Made by a program: the position numbers and the translations under genes. A stretch of 34,662 bases of DNA, from positions 1 to 34,662 of the forward strand of contig CAZGFB010000001.1 of NCBI GenBank assembly GCA_964525175.1, given 5' to 3'. Under the pieces are notes generated by a model. It was not told where the DNA came from. It saw only the letters and a list, made by a program, of their open reading frames with translations, and did not search any database. The stretch comes from an uncultured Candidatus Saccharibacteria bacterium (GTDB lineage Bacteria; Patescibacteriota; Minisyncoccia; Phycocordibacterales; CAIZIN01). Position 1 is the stretch's first letter, and every line of letters starts with the position of its first letter. Of this stretch, positions 31,163-34,662 are shown in pieces.

Positions 31163-32002
31163 ATGACCCCAGAAACATACATCAAAAAATCGTCAGGCGT
31201 ACTAGAATTGTTTAACAAAGCTAAGCTCATTGACTCCCTAGAAAAAGCGGGAGCCTCAATGTTTGTTGCAGAAGATGTCGCAAACAAAATTGAAGAAAAA
31301 TTAAAAGAAGGAATGCCTACCTCAATGATTTATTCTCAATCATTCAAACTTCTCCGTAAAAAGGAAAGTCGACCAGCTATTCGATATTCACTTCGCCGAT
31401 CGATCGCAGATTTAGGTCCAACAGGATTTCCGTTTGAAGATTTTATTGGGGAAATATTTAGAGAGAAAGGTTTTAATATTATAAATGACTTAATGGTGCA
31501 AGGAAAATGTATTGAGCATGAAATAGATATTGTTGCACATAATGAAGACCATTTAATAATGACAGAAATTAAATTTCATAATCAGCTCATGCTAAAGTCT
31601 GATGTGAAAGTTGCTTTATATATCAAGGCTCGTTTTGATGACTTAGAAGGTGTTGATTTTGTAATTGATGGAAAGAAAAGAAAGATGACACAAGGTTTAC
31701 TTTTGACTAATACAAAATTTACTGAACATGCTATTAAATTTGGTGCTTGTGCGGGTGTAAATATGATCGGTTGGAACTACCCTGCAAAAGGTAATTTGCA
31801 CGATCTTATTGAAGAGACAGGTCTTCATCCACTAACATGCCTCACTACACTTTCAGGAAGAGAGAAAAAAGTGCTTTTGGAAAAAGAGATTGTTACATGT
31901 AAAGCTCTTAAATTGAAGAAAGAAGTTTTGATTGAAATGCAATTGTCGGAGGGTAGAGTAGCTAGGGTGTTGAAGGAGATAGAAGAAGTCGCATCGTTTT
32001 AA
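31163..32002 (+). CDS. ATP-cone domain + PD-(D/E)xK (Mrr-like restriction endonuclease fold) protein
   Basis: The N-terminus IKKSSGVLELFNKAKLIDSLEKAGASMFVAEDVANKIEEKLKEGMPTSMIY resembles an ATP-cone. The central FEDFIGEIFREKGF...HEIDIVAH...IMTEIKFH gives a D...E-x-K nuclease motif. ATG 31163 preferred. Confidence 0.7.
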   Translation: MTPETYIKKSSGVLELFNKAKLIDSLEKAGASMFVAEDVANKIEEKLKEGMPTSMIYSQSFKLLRKKESRPAIRYSLRRSIADLGPTGFPFEDFIGEIFREKGFNIINDLMVQGKCIEHEIDIVAHNEDHLIMTEIKFHNQLMLKSDVKVALYIKARFDDLEGVDFVIDGKKRKMTQGLLLTNTKFTEHAIKFGACAGVNMIGWNYPAKGNLHDLIEETGLHPLTCLTTLSGREKKVLLEKEIVTCKALKLKKEVLIEMQLSEGRVARVLKEIEEVASF

Positions 32003-32036
32003 ATGTTCTAAATGTTCAAGTTGTTCTAGGTGTTCT
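32001..32036 (+). repeat. Four tandem 9-nt repeats (ARRTGTTCW)
   Basis: AAATGTTCT AAATGTTCA AGTTGTTCT AGGTGTTCT, starting inside the stop codon of the nuclease gene. Confidence 0.8.
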
Positions 32037-32062
32037 AAATGAGAAAGAATTCGATCCTTTCT

Positions 32063-32264
32063 GTCATCCTCGGGTAATCCCGGGGATCCAAGTTTGAATT
32101 CAGAATTTTCAGACTGGATTCCTGCCTTACAGGCACTGTACACTTTTCGCTTTTTGAATACAAAATGCTCAAAGTCTTGCGCTTGGGTCCCGCCCCAAGC
32201 TCACCTCCGCAGGAATGACAAGCGGGCTCAGACTTGGATCCCCGCTGAGTACAGCGAGGATGAC
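32063..32264. repeat. Full-length composite hairpin element (short unit + long-loop unit containing element A + inverted short unit)
   Basis: Left end GTCATCCTCGGGTAATCCCGGGGATCCAAGT (32063..32093). Right end is the inverted unit ACTTGGATCCCCGCTGAGTACAGCGAGGATGAC (32232..32264). The interior CTGGATTCCTGC...GCAGGAATGAC encloses the ~81-nt element A (32139..32219). Confidence 0.9.
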
Positions 32265-32315
32265 AAACAAGCGACCTTTATAATTTCCTAAAATCTGGTA
32301 TAAATAGAGGACTTG

Positions 32316-32417
32316 TCCCGTTAGAAGTTTACCATAGGTACAGCTTGGATCTTCGGGATAATTTAGTTAAATAAATGAATTAGTGTAAATATATTAATAA
32401 GTAAACTTCTAACGGGA
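32316..32417 (+). promoter_or_regulatory. alaS leader: 17-bp perfect long-range inverted repeat ending at the A of the start codon
   Basis: TCCCGTTAGAAGTTTAC (32316..32332) pairs with GTAAACTTCTAACGGGA (32401..32417) around a 68-nt loop. Extended -10-like TGgTATAAA at 32296..32304 lies just upstream. Confidence 0.6.
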
Positions 32418-34162
32418 TGAACTCAAACGAAATTCGACAAAAATTCTTAAGTTTTTTTAAAGAGCGGGGGCACGCGGTTATTCCTTCCGCCTCGCTAATT
32501 CCAGAAAACGATCCTTCTGTACTCTTCACCACAGCTGGTATGCACCCTCTGGTGCCATATTTACTCGGAGAGAAGCATCCGTTAGGGGCAAGGCTCACAG
32601 ACGTCCAAAAGTGCGTCAGGACAGGGGATATTGATGAAGTGGGTGATTATGCACACCACACTTTTTTTGAAATGCTCGGTAACTGGTCCTTGGGTGACTA
32701 TTTTAAAAAAGAGGTGATAGCTTGGAGTTATGAATTCTTAACATCTCCAGACTATCTTGGTTTAGACAAAAATCGAATTGCTGTTTCAGTATTTGAAGGT
32801 GATGCAGATGCACCCTTTGATCAAGAAGCTTATGATGCATGGAAAAATTTAGGAATTAGTGAAAAAAGAATTGCAAAACTTCCAAAGAAAAATAACTGGT
32901 GGGGTCCTGCTGGAGAAGCTGGTCCTTGTGGTCCTGACACCGAAATGTTTTATTGGGTAGGGAGCCCTGAGGAAGTTCCAGAAAGTTTCAACGATGACAA
33001 TGATCTTTGGCTTGAAATTTGGAATGACGTTTTCATGCAATATGATAAATCAAAGGAAGGAAAATTTTCTGAATTGCAACAAAAAAATATCGATACCGGA
33101 ATGGGTCTTGAAAGAACCCTTGCTGTTGTAAATGGTTTGGATGATAACTATAAAACTGAATTATTCTGGCCGATCATAGAAAAGATTGAAAGTCTTTCTG
33201 GTAAAAAATATGATGATGATAAAAAAGCAATGCGAATTATTGCTGATCACATAAAAGCTTCTGTGTTTATTTTGGGTGACAATATGGGTATTGCTCCCTC
33301 AAACTCTGGGCAAGGCTATGTTTTGCGCAGGCTCATAAGACGAGCTGTTCGATATGGCAAACAATTAGGAATGGCTTCTTTTACAGGAGATGTTGCTAAA
33401 GTTGTGATTGAAATTTATAAGGATGTCTATCCGGAACTTATAAAGAATCAGGATTTTGTTTTGAATAATCTTTCTCAAGAAGAAGAGAAATTTGAAAAGA
33501 CTTTGGAAAAAGGTTTGAAAGAATTTGAAAAAGGAATTAGTCCTTTTGTGCTTTTCACTACTTATGGTTTTCCATTTGAAATGACTAAGGAATTGGCGAT
33601 GGAAAAAGGGGTTGAGATAAATGAAGAAGAATTTAATAATGAATTCAAAAAACATCAGGAGCTATCCCAAACTTCATCCGCAGGAATGTTTAAGGGTGGA
33701 CTTTCGGATTCTGGAGAGGAAACAAAAAGACTCCATACCGCTACACATCTTTTGCGACAAGCACTAGAAAATGTTCTTGGCGAAACCATTGTTCAAAAGG
33801 GAAGTAATATCAACGCTGAAAGACTTCGTTTTGACTTTGCATTTTCTCGAAAACTGACAGATGAAGAAAAACAAAAAGCTGAAGATTTAGTAAATGAAAA
33901 AATTAAAGAAGCTTTGCCAGTTCATCGAGTCGAGCTTCCAAAGGAGGAAGCTATAAAGACTGGTGCTGTACATTCATTTAGCGACAAGTATGGAGATGTT
34001 GTTTCTGTCTATTATATTGGGGATTCTATTGAAACAGCTTTCTCAAAAGAATTCTGTGGCGGTCCGCATGTTTCAAATACAAGCGAACTAGGGAAATTTA
34101 AAATTGCAAAAGAAGAAGCTGTATCTGCGGGAGTACGAAGAATTAAGGCTGTGTTGGAATAA
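32417..34162 (+). CDS. alaS: Alanine--tRNA ligase, compact form (no C-Ala domain)
   Basis: FLSFFKERGHAVIPSASLIP, FTTAGMHPLVPYLLG, HHTFFEMLGNWSLGDYFK, DTGMGLERT and the editing-site motifs HTATHLL and CGGPHV. It is only 581 aa and ends right after the editing core. Confidence 0.92.
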   Translation: MNSNEIRQKFLSFFKERGHAVIPSASLIPENDPSVLFTTAGMHPLVPYLLGEKHPLGARLTDVQKCVRTGDIDEVGDYAHHTFFEMLGNWSLGDYFKKEVIAWSYEFLTSPDYLGLDKNRIAVSVFEGDADAPFDQEAYDAWKNLGISEKRIAKLPKKNNWWGPAGEAGPCGPDTEMFYWVGSPEEVPESFNDDNDLWLEIWNDVFMQYDKSKEGKFSELQQKNIDTGMGLERTLAVVNGLDDNYKTELFWPIIEKIESLSGKKYDDDKKAMRIIADHIKASVFILGDNMGIAPSNSGQGYVLRRLIRRAVRYGKQLGMASFTGDVAKVVIEIYKDVYPELIKNQDFVLNNLSQEEEKFEKTLEKGLKEFEKGISPFVLFTTYGFPFEMTKELAMEKGVEINEEEFNNEFKKHQELSQTSSAGMFKGGLSDSGEETKRLHTATHLLRQALENVLGETIVQKGSNINAERLRFDFAFSRKLTDEEKQKAEDLVNEKIKEALPVHRVELPKEEAIKTGAVHSFSDKYGDVVSVYYIGDSIETAFSKEFCGGPHVSNTSELGKFKIAKEEAVSAGVRRIKAVLE

Positions 34163-34172
34163 ATACGCATTT

Positions 34173-34284
34173 GTCATTCCGGCGAAGGCCGGAATCCAGT
34201 CTCGCATCCTCTGTCATTCTTATGTACTCATGGGAATCCAAGTTAATCCGCATTGTCATCTTCGAGTACTCTCGGAGATCCAAG
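34173..34284 (+). repeat. Tandem array of three short hairpin repeat units
   Basis: GTCATTCCGGCGAAGGCCGGAATCCAG (34173..34199), GTCATTCTTATGTACTCATGGGAATCCAAG (34213..34242) and GTCATCTTCGAGTACTCTCGGAGATCCAAG (34255..34284), with 12-13-nt linkers. Confidence 0.9.
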
Positions 34285-34590
34285 TTCGTATCTTTAATTT
34301 ACAAAATCTTTCTCGGTGAAAGTTTTGTGTCGCACGGATATTTTTCTGGTGAAAAATTCCTCGAGCTCGCGCCGTCGCGCTCGCTAGGCTCCCCAAAACT
34401 TCCACGCTCAACAATTTTGTAAATACATTCGAGAGCTTCTTTTGCTGGTGGGGAGGTGGTGGAGGTAGTGGGCTGTATTTTTCGATTACAAAAATACAGG
34501 CTGTTTTATTGTGCCGAAAAAGCCTCTGCTGAGGGCTTTTTCGGCACGGGAATTCATGGGCTTGCATAAATCAGTAAAACATGCTATAAT
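34285..34590 (+). repeat. Conserved intergenic module C (copy 2), ending in a strong promoter
   Basis: Blockwise homologous to 25927..26234. Hairpins at 34473..34499 (10-bp stem) and 34511..34547 (14-bp stem). Confidence 0.7.
34562..34590 (+). promoter_or_regulatory. Promoter TTGCAT-17-TGcTATAAT
   Basis: -35 at 34562..34567, 17-nt spacer, extended -10 with TATAAT at 34585..34590. Confidence 0.6.
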
Positions 34591-34605
34591 ATAGTTTGAT
34601 TCAAA

Positions 34606-34662
34606 ATGAGCCTCCTTACCCCCAAATACGAATATCAGGAAAGTTTACTGATAATGATTCGA
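34606..34662 (+). CDS. Possible 5' end of a gene running off the window (MSLLTPKYEYQESLLIMIR...)
   Basis: ATG 15 nt downstream of the promoter -10, open to the window edge (19 codons only). Confidence 0.25.
   Translation, partial: MSLLTPKYEYQESLLIMIR

Noticed and set aside
31853-32291. ORFs 31853..32143(-) and 32094..32291(+)
   Set aside because: They are translations of the tandem 9-mer array (HLEHLEQLEHLEHL) and of the composite repeat (FSDWIPALQ...). These are repeat artefacts.
32290-32416. T-box riboswitch upstream of alaS
   Set aside because: The leader is only ~105 nt. It has no T-box consensus (AAnnnGGGTGGTACCGCG-like), no specifier-loop architecture and no terminator/antiterminator pair. 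It is reported instead as a simple long helix.
34173-34284. CRISPR-like array (regularly spaced ~28-30-nt palindromic repeats; also at 8471..8542 and 25850..25926)
   Set aside because: The 'spacers' are only 12-15 nt and are themselves conserved between loci (TCTCGCnCnCGCATT). The repeats are degenerate rather than identical. There are no cas genes or leader, and the same units occur singly and inverted elsewhere. This is REP/MITE-like, not CRISPR.
34104-34567. ORFs 34104..34319(+), 34171..34422(+), 34256..34567(-), and the analogous 25862..26143(-)
   Set aside because: They span the repeat array and module C. The similarity between the two antisense ORFs (ERYNPPPLP / EKYSPLPPPP) is explained by nucleotide-level homology of the modules. 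There are no credible starts. Kept only as a testable alternative in the module C finding.
1-34662. Alternative genetic code (UGA recoding, as in some candidate phyla)
   Set aside because: Long conserved genes are uninterrupted under code 11, and leuS terminates with TGA exactly at the end of the conserved C-terminal domain. There is no sign of in-frame TGA within recognisable domains.
1-34662. tRNA, rRNA, tmRNA, RNase P or SRP RNA genes
   Set aside because: I scanned the intergenic regions by eye for T-loop (GGTTCGAATCC-like) and other hallmark motifs and found none. The structured intergenic sequences are all accounted for by the repeat families. A covariance-model scan would be needed to be definitive.

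Overview
AT-rich, gene-dense bacterial chromosome segment using the standard genetic code (TAA, TAG and TGA all end long ORFs). The gene content and style suggest an uncultivated small-genome Patescibacteria/CPR-like bacterium; this is inference and cannot be checked here. All domain calls come from motif recognition by eye, with no searches run. I support about 29 protein genes. They include ppdK, lexA, leuS, mnmA, alaS, mltG, an ABC-F ATPase, an RsuA/RluB-type pseudouridine synthase, NRAMP and AI-2E transporters, a BaiN/HI0933-type flavoprotein and a cupin + HD-hydrolase pair. There is also a 1356-aa SGNH-hydrolase/PG-binding surface protein with a truncated paralog, a RAYT (Y1/HUH) transposase flanked by its own REP doublets, a TrpR-like regulator bracketed by four copies of a 20-bp palindrome, and an ATP-cone + PD-(D/E)xK nuclease. 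I saw no rRNA, tRNA or CRISPR array. Most notable observations: (1) leuS carries an in-frame ~140-aa insertion with a textbook Nudix box, so a Nudix hydrolase fold appears to sit inside an essential aminoacyl-tRNA synthetase. (2) A modular family of nested hairpin repeats (GTCATYC-stem-loop-stem-GRATCCAR, plus longer modules) fills most larger intergenic gaps, shows compensatory stem substitutions between copies, and is inserted in frame in leuS and mnmA, much like Rickettsia palindromic elements. (3) A perfect GAAC-N4-GTTC SOS box sits in the spacer of a near-consensus promoter upstream of a small ORF and lexA. (4) Two ~0.4-kb intergenic modules (repeat array + covarying hairpins + strong outward promoter) are homologous. 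(5) Many genes have a TATAAT-like hexamer 6-10 nt upstream of the ATG, which suggests leaderless mRNAs.
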